Below, in pieces: positions 51,801 to 64,000 of a stretch of DNA of 64,000 nucleotides. The stretch lies in the NCBI GenBank assembly GCA_002633005.1, contig NMRA01000167.1, positions 488,460-552,459 of the forward strand, in the 5' to 3' direction. This DNA comes from Phoronis australis (Eukaryota; Animalia; Phoronida). The stretch's first letter is position 1. Every line of letters starts with the position of its first letter. The notes under the pieces are model-generated. The model searched no databases and was not told the DNA's origin. It saw only the letters and a program-made list of their open reading frames with translations. Made by a program: the position numbers and the translations under genes.

Positions 51801-54800
51801 GTCCTCAAGTTTCTCCTTAATCAACTTGGAGGGGATTTCAAGGCCTGGGGCCTAATCTCTGTTCTCGAAATGGAATTCGAAAAAGTATTTTGAATATATG
51901 CCGTTCAACATTTGTACGATGTCAAGATATGTGTCTATTATTACGTGCCCGGGTACATGGTGGTTTGCGTTTGCACGTACATGTACATTAACCACATCGT
52001 CAAAGGTACATGTATACGTTCGAGTTTTTACTCGAATTCTCGAGTTTTTACTCTCTTTTGTAGCTCATTTTAGGAGTCATCAAGTGCGAACTCGGAATAG
52101 ACACTCACCTGACAGTGCCTAAACCACAATAAACATATGCTTGAGTACGCAAAAAACCAAAGAACGTCCTTTCGAGTACAGAGATTAGACCCCGGTCCAG
52201 TGTTTCTAAAGACCTAACAGATACTTGGTACTTAGACCAGGCGATATAAGTTGGCCTAGCACTACAGTGTGCGCTTCATTTTACGCGCAACTCATGGTCT
52301 CGAGGAATAACCATCTGCCAGTTATTCAGAGACGCATTAGCCTAAAACCAATCATCCCCTCGTTTCGTGCGAGTAATTTAGGTAGATATCCACAAAATAT
52401 TTGGTCGTTATTGTAAACATTTGTTGAACGAAGAATAACTGTGCAAACTGTTGTCAGAATAACAGTGGTGCCTGCTTGTTACTATGTAACCGTCGTAGAG
52501 CCACAGTGATTTACATGGACACTGAGTTTTGAAGCTGAATTTTCCGTAATAACGTTTTTCTTTATTTTTTTTTAAAATTTATTTCAAATAAGCAAACAAG
52601 AAATAAAGTGTAAAAGAACGATTTGGTTCTGAAAGGTACATGCACTTTACATTGCCCTCGTTACACATAGACGGATACCTGACACCGCCGGTTTTTGGAT
52701 GCCGGTCATCCAAAACACTAGCGTGAATGACGGGTCAACAAATCGCGTACCGTTTAGGATACATGTAATTTTGAGAAGCTACGATAGGTGGCGATAGGGC
52801 AGGCCTTGGGACAACATGCAGAGCACGCTCATCTATGCCGCACGTTTGTAGTCTAAATACACGTGTCCACGGTTTCGAGTTGAACCTGCGCAGCGGACTT
52901 GCACTAGCGTGGGGAGGTATAAGGTAAAGTGAACAACTCGAATTTTATATTGAGCGCTCTATGAGAATCCGACAATGAAAATAGCGAGTAAATGGCGAAA
53001 ACTGAAAGTGATCGGTGATAAATTTACGTTATCTGTCCGTAAATACTGCTGGGTTGCTTGGATTAAACAATTTACAGATTATTCATGAAATTTTGTATTC
53101 AGGGATCTTGGGTTACCGGCTGGACAGCCGATGAGGGGCTCATCGCCAGTGGTTACAATGTTCTACTGCAACGGAATTAAGGCTTTTCAAAAGTGCAATA
53201 ATTTGAAGACTTGAACTTTTTGTGTCGAGCAGAGCTAGCTAACAGTATGGATACTGACCCACTCTTGAGTGGACTTTGTCAAATGACTGGTAAAGTACCG
53301 AATTGTACTAAAATTATCGACTCTTATAAATGCGCTCTAAAACTGAACCCACTCCAGGTGACGCCCAGGAAGAAAAAGGACTTGTCTTCGTGATTACGCT
53401 GAATGTTTTGGGAATGGCATAAAAGCAACCTCTTGGAATCTTAACAATTACAGGTTTGAACTGTCTTTTATCCCTCGTCCACTTGGATGAGAAACGCACT
53501 TGGATATGGTTTGTTTAGTCTACCTAATGCCATATCCAATGGTGGACGAAACCGTGGACTCGTATATAAGATCGAAGACCAAAGAAAGACTTAGTTTTTG
53601 CAAATAATGATTCCAATTTTCATGAGGCGGTCCCCGGGATTGGTTTGCTTAGAAATTCAATTACTCCTTGACTTTGTTGTAGCTTTACAACAAGGACCTT
53701 TCTTTTAATATCGCGATTTTCAACGAAATAACGACTCTAAAAGAAAATAATAACATTAGCTTCTGTATAGTTAAAACGACAACTTTATTTGTAAGCTTTT
53801 GTTTTTCATCACGATACAGTGTTAGTTCATAAACAGCGGAATAATAGGCGCATACCTACATGTATAAGTAGATCATGGCAAGTGTGTGATGTACTTAGAG
53901 AGATATCCCTGATTGATGTTCAGACGGACTCATAATATTGGCTTAGTTTATTCGTTTGTTAACCAGGTGTTTTAGCTCCGTTAACCTGTGTTGTTCAAAG
54001 CAATCCCAAGGTGAAATACTAAAAGAAAACATGGATACCAAAGAATTACCACGAGTTCAATCCACCAAGTCACTGAACTTGTTAGTGAAATCGTAGTATC
54101 GAATAAAATAACTCTTAGTGAAAACAGAAGAAAGGCGAAATAGAATATAATTAAAGGGGTTCGACACAGTTTCAATTCATCGTTGTTTTTTTAACAAAAC
54201 ACGTATTTTGCATTCTAGTCTTAGCCTGCAGCAAATCTCCAAAAGGTGTGATGGCCACCGAATTACACTCTCAGTTACATTTGTCCAAACGAATCCCTGG
54301 CAAAGTTTACGTGGCTTAGTGAAAAGTTACATCTAATTAAATTGATGTTTGAAATATTTTTGAAAAGGACTAATTTCGTTGATCGAGGTCAGTTTCATGT
54401 TTTAAGGTCTTTAGTTATGTGTCCCGGTTCTTCTGGTTTTCTTACGTGACCGGAAGTATTTCTGGATTTTAATAACTCTTAATGTTTTGGCTTCTACGTA
54501 AGAGTTTACACTGTTAAATTTTGTGTTTCTGTGTTTTATTTTGATGCACATCGTGCTTTCTATGATTTAAGCATAAATATTAGGATGTCACCGGCCTTGT
54601 CTTTAGCTCAAACACCGTCATATGAGAATGCAAAATTCGACCTTGTCAATAGCGCGCCAATTCCAAGATGACAATTTTCCCGCTGCATTCTAGTAGTTAC
54701 ATCGATATTGTTGAGACTGAACATTTTACAATAACAAATTTCTTCTTTAATAAATTTAAAGCTCCAGCTTGAATTCAAGTCACATCTTGGCCAGGGGTGT

Positions 54801-57800
54801 AATCTTTGTACTCGAGGTCCCGAAATCGAAATTATTTTTTTGGCATTTTCCATTCTACATCTGTGTGAACTCAAAATAGAAGCCTATTATTCTTTGTTCG
54901 AGTACATTACGGCTTACATGAATGACTATCTAATCCTAATTTGCTCTAGAAATGACGACGCGTTTTAGCTGGAATCTAGGTGTCGTCAGGAGCAAACACA
55001 GAAGAGGAACTCATAGGCCCAAACCATAATGTAATCGAGTACAGAAAAATCGACATCTATCTTTGAGCTCGTACAAAAACAGAGCAAAAATTTTGTGCGT
55101 CAGGTACGTGTACAACGCCGGTATTTGTAATAATCGACCAACTATTGTTTAATTTATTACATGACAACTCTAAATAAATTGAATGCAGTAGCACTAACGA
55201 CCGTGGAGACATTGCAAACAGGCTAGTCCCATAACGTAACGATCGCGAATATACATGATTGTGGAGATTTTCTCGCTGACGCTGGTCACCGCTCAAATTC
55301 CCTTAGCCCCGCCAACTTTACAATGCTTATTCAGCACGCCCTTTGTATTGATGTAGATCTGAGCTAATGACCTGAAAAGGTAATAGCTCGCATTACTGTC
55401 TCAACAATGGTTTTTGTTATTACACCCAATTTGGTTTCTCTGACATTTGCAGAGTTACAGCCTGCAACTATGGAGAGTAGTTTTAACTTGGTACGTTATA
55501 AATATTACAAAATGACAAAAAAGGTTAACTTGTGTTTACCATCACAAAGGGCCACTTCCCAAAAGGAACGATATGTTTCATATTGGTTTTGGTTATTTAA
55601 TTTTTAATGCTTCTCCCACTTGTTTTTTCCCGTAAACGGATTGTGAACCTTTTATCTAAGTTTTAAACTAGAAGTACCAAAACAGTGGTAGATTTTGATC
55701 AGCAGCGAAACTTAATTAATTAAGTTCATTGTGAGCCCATCCCTGAAGTTTCCACATAACAGGTACACTAAACATTTCACGTGTCATTTAAGTTTAATCT
55801 TTATTAGAACTCAAATCATAAAACATACAAAAAGAGCAAATATGGTGATAACCAAACTGAAGATTTTGAATCTCTGGACAATTTCGGTGGCACTGACTAT
55901 ATACATGTAACAATTCTAACTCTTTGTCAATAATAAAAAATGAAAAATACAACAGTTTCTTGGTCAAAAATCTGGTTAAACGAGAATGAAAGAATATTAA
56001 AAAACGAATCCATGTGATATTGTTATCTCTGATCAGCGTTTGTATATGCACTGAGTATATCAATACGCGCGGTAGTTTATCTTCAATCGTACCCAATGGT
56101 TGTAGTTTTTAGATTTTTAGTTAATCGATTTTTAAAAATCGAAAACCGTACGTGGTTGTTTTTTTCAGCTGAATACCGCCGTGGTGTTCGTTTTTAACGA
56201 AAATTAGTGGTTAATTTTTTGAAAATTTGCCATTATGTACTGTCAGTTAGGATTAATACAATTTATGGTCGGGTAATTACACTTAATTTGGTCTTGCTCG
56301 CATCGGGCAATGCGGTCATCACAACTGTACCTGACTCCGGCGCCGCGCTCTCTTTGATCCTGGTAAAAGCTGCTTAGAAGGACGAGCGGTGAAAATTCCC
56401 GCATATCTTTAAAAATGCGTGACTTCCTTGTAAGCGTATTCATGGTATGAACAATACGATTAGTTGTGCTGTAATTTCCAACGCAGTTTAATGCGTATAA
56501 GTAAATAGGCGTGCAACATGTGTAAGCAGATTGATTCTTCTAAGGCATTCGACACAGTTTTAATTTGGACAGAAATTCACCATTACATAGTGGTTCATTA
56601 ATTTAAAAACAGAGAAATAAACCCGACAGTCAACCCCTCCGATTAGTTGATTAGGTTAAGTCCACTAATTTATTTTAACTTTGGAACCAGGTGGAGTGGA
56701 AATTCTCCCGCTTTAGCGGCTGCAGCTACACGTACTGGCTAGTCACCGCGGATTCTTCTTTGGATTCGGAAATGTATGGAACATGGTATCCTTGTTCATC
56801 CATTGATATTTCAAAAGGTTTGCTTTTGTTTGTAAGGCATTAGTACATCCCAACGCACAGCAGTAGAAATTTGCCGACATTATAACAACACTGAGGAAAG
56901 GTGTTAAAACGCTATTTATCCCATCAGGTTAAAACCTCCCGTCCGCACTACATGCGATCTGTAGGTGGCGCTGCACGCATGTCCACCAAAGACCTGGATC
57001 GCCAGGATAGTGAATTTCAATATGGCGCAGCAATTTCAAAAGTCAGCTATTTCAAGAACACGATTACCTCGAAATTTCAAGTTTTTACTAGGGTTTGTAG
57101 CTCAAATCTAGGAGTCAACAAGTGCCAACATGATGAACTAGAAACTCATCTACATGTACGTCAACCATCATATGAAGCACTTGAGTATAGAATAAAAGGC
57201 TTATGCTGAATTCGCAGTAAAGTTGGACGGAAAATATAAAAAATCAATTTCGAGTTCACTTTCGAGTACACAGATTAGACAACGGACCTAGATGTCGTTC
57301 GCTGCTATTTAACGCCATAATAACATTACCTTAAAACAAATAGACGTTTTTTCAAACTGAATTATCTGTAACGGGAAAAATATTCAGATGTTTTAAAAAT
57401 TAGCCAAAGCTGACAGAACACAACGACTGCATTTTTGGCAAACTGTATCCAGCGCCCCCTTAAGCCTAGAAATCATTTCTAATCTTAATAAGGATCAAGG
57501 TAACATCTAATTTTTTGCTAAAATTCATGGTTTATCGCCCCCTTTAAATCAAATTTTACAATGCCGTTGTTGTTTACAAGCATGCATCCGCGTAGCCTAA
57601 ATGTAAGTGTTCATCAGAATGTTCCGGCAAAATCTATTTTATCTCCTGCGTCATATCGAAGTGCGTTTAAGCGATTTTCAAGTGCAGGTAAAGCACTTAG
57701 AGGCTGCTCCGTTTGTAATTACACTATAGCCTCATATTTAGTGATCTTGACACTTGAGATAGTGACTTACTTAATGCGTGGTAGCAATTACCAGTTTTCG

Positions 57801-58068
57801 TTGTCAAATTCATCAACTTAATAACTCGAGAACTGGCAAGCTACTGATTTTCACTCTATAAAAACCATTTACTGCAACACTAATTGGAGGATGAGCAAGT
57901 ATAGATTGATAACAACTTTGGCTATACATGTACCCATTTCTGCACCCGTGTTAATGACGTAATAGGTTATTTACCTGGAGCTTGGAAAGACGTGAGGTTC
58001 TGTGATTCAGTGACGGTCCAGTTTAGAGTGACGATGAAGCAAAGCAGTGAAGCCCCAACGATCTCCAT
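45240..58068 (-). CDS. Nicotinic acetylcholine receptor subunit (Cys-loop LGIC, alpha9/10-like invertebrate group, lacking vicinal Cys); 7 coding exons with alternative exon 2
   Basis: Exons 58068-57975, [51504-51368 or 50950-50808], 50046-50002, 49461-49352, 48941-48706, 48476-48177 and 45856-45240 give 1539 or 1545 nt in frame. Motifs: WLPDIVLYN, Cys-loop [22 protein letters not shown]1-M3 with [18 protein letters not shown], and M4 [17 protein letters not shown]. Confidence 0.93.
46361..47919. repeat. Near-identical tandem duplication (46361-47182 and 47184-47919) of a degenerate C-rich minisatellite region, joined by a single N
   Basis: The copies differ by scattered SNPs and one indel of about 86 nt; N at 47183. 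Confidence 0.9.
48177..48476 (-). CDS. nAChR exon 6 (loop C, M1, M2)
   Basis: ttttcttcag| and |gtgagc; EWDLL...[10 protein letters not shown]...[14 protein letters not shown]. Confidence 0.95.
48706..48941 (-). CDS. nAChR exon 5 (Cys loop, loop B)
   Basis: tcttacag| and |gtgagg; [23 protein letters not shown]. Confidence 0.95.
49352..49461 (-). CDS. nAChR exon 4 ([11 protein letters not shown]...WLPDIVLYN)
   Basis: 110-nt exon containing loop A; tttccag| and |gttaat. Confidence 0.93.
50002..50046 (-). CDS. nAChR exon 3 ([15 protein letters not shown])
   Basis: 45-nt exon typical of nAChR genes; cttctgcag| and |gtgcgg. Confidence 0.9.
50808..50950 (-). CDS. nAChR alternative exon 2b ([47 protein letters not shown])
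   Basis: Paralogous to exon 2a, open frame, same phases (1 to 0), donor |gtaggt, weaker acceptor tgttttaaag|. Confidence 0.7.
51368..51504 (-). CDS. nAChR exon 2a ([45 protein letters not shown])
   Basis: Acceptor tcttgttgtgtag|, donor |gtgagt, phase 1 to 0; canonical EQRL..Y..RPV.N.S motif. Confidence 0.9.
57975..58068 (-). CDS. nAChR exon 1 (signal peptide [31 protein letters not shown])
   Basis: ATG in gcgATGg context, hydrophobic core, phase-1 donor cag|gtaaat compatible with both exon 2 copies. Confidence 0.75.
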
Positions 58069-58670
58069 CGCCGTATGTCTCATCAGCATGTTGACGTTTA
58101 TCTAAAAAGTATAAAAGCTGAGCACATGATGTCCCTCCGCGGGTGTAGGCCAATGTCGAAACGGGTCATATCTATCCGCCGAAAAGCGGAGATCAAATTT
58201 AGCACATCCTTCATTAAATCAATAGTGGGAGCAGAGGCCAGGAATAAAAAAACAAGAAATGCATCAGGAGACATAAATCTGTACGAACAGGAGAACATCA
58301 GTTTTGGGAAAAGCAGTTTAAAGACTTTGTAAACGTCTGATAGGTGTCCTTACGGTAATATGAACTTTTTGTATGAAAAGGCGTAGAAACTTGGAAACCC
58401 GGACCAGGGGGCACGTGTCCCCCAATCATAAAGGTGGAGGCAATTCCCCTTCAAAAGTGACCAAAGTGAGGTAAAACTGCTGTCTAGAGAGTGAATTTGG
58501 TGTTGACGTTTGGGCGAAAATGGCTGGTCACGCTAGCGGGGCGGAGACGAAGCTGATGTTGACTGATGAGTTTGTTATCACCCACTAAAGCAAAATTTCT
58601 GATGCCACTTTCGTAATATGAAGTCTGGAGGGAATGTAGCCCAATCGAAAAGGAAAATAACTAAGCCCTG

Positions 58671-58890
58671 GGGCCCAGTTCAAGAAAACTGACTTAGCTA
58701 AGGCAAATCCTAACTTTCAGTGAATGTTAAGATAAAATTCGTAAATTTGTCTCAAGCCCGTTTAATTCCAGAGATCTTGACTTAGACACAATTTTTTGAC
58801 TTACGTCTTGCTTTAATTTTGACTTACTGACCGCATGTAGAAGTTTAAAAGTTTGAAAGTTGAGACAAATCAGTTTTTTGGAACGGGCCC
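58671..58890. mobile_element. MITE with GGGCCC termini and 3-bp TSD CTG (PIF/Harbinger-like, inferred)
   Basis: ctg|gggcccagttcaagaaaactga...tcagttttttggaacgggccc|ctg. Confidence 0.7.
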
Positions 58891-60385
58891 CTGACCACCA
58901 ACGAAATTTCCAAGTCTCAAAACGGTGTAAAGCCATCTAGTGGTTATTTTATCGTGTTTGATAAAGCATTATACCTGAGCTTTCTGCATATAGGCATAAG
59001 GGGCTTATAGATGTACAAACCTGCAAAAGGACATTCTTTCACAGATACGCACAGGGCGTTTATTTGGGAAAATATGCATGTTTGAATCCTAAAACATTCC
59101 CAGTTTCATAGGAAAAGGACACTGAAACTTTAACTAAATTAAATTTTCAACATAAAATTCCTACCTGTGTGAACAATCATACAGGAATGTGTTGTGTATT
59201 GACTCTGTTGATGTCTGTACTCGCCGGCTAATGAGTATCCAAACGCCCGAGCGTATAGTCTTCATTTCCACATGTACGCCAGGGCGTGTATTTGCATTTG
59301 ACTTTTGATACCTGAACTGATATTTTCCGTATAAACGCCCTGGGCTTGTCTGCAGAAAACTCCGGTATGAAGATTTATTAAAGGAACTCCGTTGATGTCT
59401 ACCTGAAAAGTAAAACTCATGTATTGTTTAATTATTTCGGTCCATAAAGTCGATGAAACGTATTTCTTAATTAATAAAACTATTAATACTTATGTGAAAT
59501 TACTTTACCAAACATGTTACTTGGATTAAGATACTCAAATCAATGTTGGTTCACCAAGTCGTAACAATGAACGCACACAAATGACGAAGGAACCACTAGT
59601 TTATTTCATCTGTACACTAATGGCCCACCTGACCAAGAAAGGTGAAACACCTGGTCGAATATGTCATATCAGTGAACAGTGACCAATACCAGCAGATGGT
59701 GCACTTCATATTAACCAGATTGATGTACGGAGAGCCTTTGAGGTAGTTGCACAATTGCAGATGTCACAACATGACTCGTATTCGTGAACTTCGAACACCT
59801 ACATGTACTTACGGTAAAACAATATAGGCACGAAATATTCTTAGGTGTTATCATTCCATAATCAAACGAACGCTGCTCCGAATGCACTAAACTATTCTAC
59901 AGCAAACAACGAATAACTAGGGAAAAAAAACACTCAACGTTCGCTTACTGTCGCGCCTAATTTGCCATTAAATGACGGATTTATGAAAAACAATACTAGT
60001 AAATTGCCAAGCTAATGTCAAGCAAACATTTTTGTTGAAATAAATAGCTTTTAAGTTTAAGCTACACGGATTCTGAGAATTCCTTTCCGATTTAGGTAAA
60101 AATGGACCTTGCCTAATTAAGTTTACGCAAGACATCCCGCAACGTCGACTGAAACGCATCTGTTAATTAATGAGCTGGGTTTCGAGTTAAACACAAGTGT
60201 AAGTGAGTAAAGTGCTGTGGAATTTCTACTTAATGGAAAATATTTTTTTAACCTATTATCGCACTCAACGATATGGCATTCAATTTAGCTCCCATTTTTG
60301 AACCTGTGCGAAGCAACGCGTGCCTTAAGGTTCATTTCAGTGATTGTAATTGCCAAAATCGTAAGTGTGTGTCGATGTGGCGACC

Positions 60386-62354
60386 GGGCAGAGGTGAAAG
60401 AGTTCGGGGACGACCGGGCAAGGGGCGAAAATAGTGGCAACCGAGGGGTCACCTCAATTTATCAGCCAGGGTTTGCAGTTTTTCCAATTGACCTGACATT
60501 GCTTGCTAGTACATGGTATTAACTGCCGCTAACCTTTCGAACGTCGAAGTAGATTTTGTCAAAATGGGCAAATCAATTCGGCAAAATTGACGTGTGGTCG
60601 GTCTCAGAAGCCGTGTGCCTATCAGGCTTAACCATAGAATACCTGTCGGTCCTAATGAGGCCGTTGTTATTTTTGAAACACTAAGCCGTCTTAACTGGAA
60701 ATTAAATCGACTGCACTAACACGTTATAATGTCAGCATCCCAAACACCTGGAATTTCCGCCAAATTGGCGCTTTATAAGTACTGTCGAATTGCAACCAAT
60801 TAAATATAAGTTAACCTAAAACTCAGTTAGATCAAAAACATGAGTTTCAGGTAACAATGGTAGCCTTAACGTAGATAATGCCAGTAATGTTTTTTACTCA
60901 GCTGTTACTTGGAAAGCCTACATTCAGGTTAGACAATTGTCTTTCCTGATGGAAAGCTTACGCATTCTCATAAACAACGTTCTGCAACGCTGTTTTCTCG
61001 CGGATACCTTTCTTTTGTGATGTACTGCAATTTAAGTCTTTTACAAATACATGTACAGTGCCATTCTCACGAACCGCATCTGTTTCCAGTTCTAGTCGCC
61101 TACAGCAATATTTGATACACTGTACCAAAAATGTGCTACATAGTGCCAGGCACGTGTAACTCCGGTGGCGTCTGTGAACTACGGAACGAACAGCGGTTTA
61201 TGAAAACAGAACTTATGTAATAGGACTACAGTCACAAGAAAATAATCGAAGTTCACGAGAAAAAACGACTCTGTGCACGAGAAAAAAAGACTGGGTGCAA
61301 AATATAAGACGGTTAAAGGACGAGATAAGTAGTTTTCTGAAATCCTCATCAGTGTGGTATCAGTCNGGGCAGAGGTGAAAGAGTTCGGGGACGACCGGGC
61401 AAGGGGCGAAAATAGTGGCAACCGAGGGGTCACCTCAATTTATCAGCCAGGGTTTGCAGTTTTTCCAATTGACCTGACATTGCTTGCTAGTACATGGTAT
61501 TAACTGCCGCTAACCTTTCGAACGTCGAAGTAGATTTTGTCAAAATGGGCAAATCAATTCGGCAAAATTGACGTGTGGTCGGTCTCAGAAGCCGTGTGCC
61601 TATCAGGCTTAACCATAGAATACCTGTCGGTCCTAATGAGGCCGTTGTTATTTTTGAAACACTAAGCCGTCTTAACTGGAAATTAAATCGACTGCACTAA
61701 CACGTTATAATGTCAGCATCCCAAACACCTGGAATTTCCGCCAAATTGGCGCTTTATAAGTACTGTCGAATTGCAACCAATTAAAAATAAGTTAACCTAA
61801 AACTCAGTTAGATCAAAAACATGAGTTTCAGGTAACAATGGTAGCCTTAACGTAGATAATGCCAGTAATGTTTTTACTCAGCTGTTACTTGGAAAGCCTA
61901 CATTCAGGTTAGACAATCGTCTTTCCTGACGGAAAGCTTACGCATTCTCATAAACAACGTTCTGCAACGCTGTTTTCTCGCGGATACCTTTCTTTTGTGA
62001 TGTACTGCAATTTAAGCCTTTTACAAATACATGTACAGTGCGATTCTCACGAACCGCATCTGTTTCCAGTTCTAGTCGCCTACAGCAATATTTGGTACAC
62101 TGTACCAAAAATGTGCTACATAGTGCCAGGCACGTGTAACTCCGGTGGCGTCTGTGAACTGCGGAACGAACAGCGGTTTATGAAAACAGAACTTATGTAA
62201 TAGGACTACAATCACAAGAAAATAATCGAAGTTCACGAGAAAAAACGACTCTGTGCACGAGAAAAAACGACTGGGTGCAAAATATAAGACGGTTAAAGGA
62301 CGTTACCAACGAGATACGTAGTTTTCTGAAATCCTCATCAGTGTGGTATCAGTC
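60386..62354. repeat. Near-identical tandem duplication (60386-61365 and 61367-62354) joined by a single N
   Basis: Copies of about 980 bp with few SNPs and one small indel; N at 61366. Confidence 0.92.
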
Positions 62355-62420
62355 TAAGACTGTCAGTCGGCTTGCGGAGATAAATCGCACTTGAAAATTG
62401 CAGTGTTTGAAGCGCATTTA

Positions 62421-62570
62421 CAGCGGCAGATCCAGGATTTTGAGTTGGGGGGCAGGGCAGAGTATTTAGACAGAATATTGCTCGTCAGAGACATTCGCAC
62501 CATGGGACTGCCACATGGAATCTGGGAGAATTTTAGGAGGAGGGCTCGCCCCCCTCAAAATCCGCCACTC
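62421..62570 (+). mobile_element. Copy of the 150-bp CAGTGGCGGAT MITE family
   Basis: Collinear with 42237-42388; flanks attta and agtta form a degenerate 5-bp TSD. Confidence 0.75.
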
Positions 62571-63374
62571 AGTTAACTGGCGAAGTCACCGTTCTTGATT
62601 TCAGCGATGTCTTGCAAATAACGGCGAGAATTGATGATTTTTAAAACGTGATTTTTCTAAAGATCTAATCAATGCTAAGGTCTTAGTTGGTTTTCTTGAT
62701 TTGGCCAGATCAGTAAATAGGACATAATGTACATGTAGCTTTAAATTCAAACGTGCGGAAAGTTGAATGAAAAAGATTCATAGATCACCATAGATTGACT
62801 CTTCGATTATGTCTCTGTTGAAGAATAATCAATACAGATTATAAGAAACGAAACAAAACAGGCCACTCTGTTATTACGTTATTGTGTCAATTATGAAAAT
62901 GAGGCTGGCCTCCCGTTCTCCTGCAAGGAATCCTTTTCGTCCTCTTTTATTGCATGCACATTTGAAAACGGCATTATCCCCGCGCTGTCTGACATTATAA
63001 GACCACTAACTGTGTAAAATCTGCCATGTTTTATTCCTACTCAGTTTATAAGTGACCTTGGTGACGCAGTGACCTGAACTTCATGAGCTTGGGTCTAAAT
63101 AAGTAACGAACTGCCATTATTTCGAATCCTGAACAATTAGTCAACGATTTGACCAAATTCATAACCGTGAGTGACCAAAATCGAACGTGCTTTTTCGTGA
63201 CTTCAGGTTATAAGTGATCGAAATCAACGGTGATTTTTGTGACGGAAGGTGGACCGTTTGTATAATCTCACTCCGTCAGTGTTGTTAGTGATCAAGGCGG
63301 GTAGCACGAATGTAAGAAGACAACAAGGTCACCACGCATAAACACGCGAGTGAAGAGCGAGTGTTTCGCCAGTA

Positions 63375-63495
63375 CATGGGGGCTAAATCTCCCCAGCCCC
63401 CAGTGGTTCACCACTTATAGACCATGTGCGGCGTAGCACAAAAAGGTGGGGGTTATAGCCCCCTCCCCCCCAACCCCTATGGTGCGCCGCCCATG
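63375..63495. mobile_element. MITE with CATGGG termini and 5-bp TSD CAGTA
   Basis: cagta|catgggg...ggtgcgccgcccatg|cagta; related to 32314-32451. Confidence 0.7.
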
Positions 63496-64000
63496 CAGTA
63501 TGCTTGAGACTTAACAAGCGTCCTTTTATTATTGAGCAAAATGGCTGCCACCTAGTGATTGGTCGGTGAGGTTGAAATATTGAAGCCTGTGGGTATAAAG
63601 AATTGCCGGTCCGTTTCCTGCTGCAAATTAGTAGGCGAATTAAGGTTTCTCGCCTGCGTGTTTCGCAAATTTCTGGGGTCTTCGAAACTCCAACCTGGCA
63701 TGTAGACTTTTTGATTTGTAGATAACCGTTGTATATACCCTTTAATAAACGAAACCGGGTTGAAGCACATGAGTTGTTGTCAGACCTCAATCAGTACATG
63801 CTGAAACGGTTTCGCATGTTCCATTCATTTTAGCCCCAGGTCTCACTATGACTATTTTTTATCCCAATCATTCTTGTTTTCTTTGCAGTTTTATGTTTTT
63901 TACTTATTTCATAATATTTATATGAGGGTACGTCGGTTGCTTTAGTAGTTTAGCAGAATCCACTCGTTCTGTTTCCGGTAGATTTAAAGTTAAATGTACG

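Noticed and set aside
52109-52170. Candidate nAChR exon 1 (cag|gtgagt donor on the minus strand)
   Set aside because: The required phase-1 frame contains TAG and no signal peptide, whereas 58068-57975 fits.
56331-56443. Alternative first exon MNTLTRKS... on the minus strand
   Set aside because: The donor would be phase 2, incompatible with either exon 2, and there is no signal peptide.

Overview
Eukaryotic genomic DNA from an invertebrate bilaterian, probably a lophotrochozoan (inferred), with spliceosomal introns, one 553-nt N gap and three single-N joins. I reconstructed three spliced genes by hand from GT-AG sites and intron-phase continuity. (1) A 5'-truncated, 11-exon + strand gene (14-27856, at least 1132 aa) encoding a CCPG1/PBXIP1-like type II ER membrane protein with FIR/LIR-like motifs, one TM helix, a coiled coil and a long luminal tail. 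(2) An unrecognised 5-exon + strand gene (32940-36728, 163 aa) with a mitochondrial-presequence-like N-terminus. (3) A complete - strand nicotinic acetylcholine receptor subunit gene (58068-45240, 512 or 514 aa). It lacks the loop C vicinal cysteines and carries two tandem, phase-matched copies of exon 2 that can only be used mutually exclusively. Other observations: a diverged orphan copy of the gene 1 3' UTR near 40-41 kb, an apparent CpG-poor to CpG-normal transition near 29.4 kb, non-autonomous DNA transposons with 5-bp TSDs, a cluster of CTCF-like motifs, a 43-bp minisatellite, and two near-identical tandem duplications joined by single Ns (probable assembly artefacts). No database searches were run, so all family assignments come from remembered motifs.
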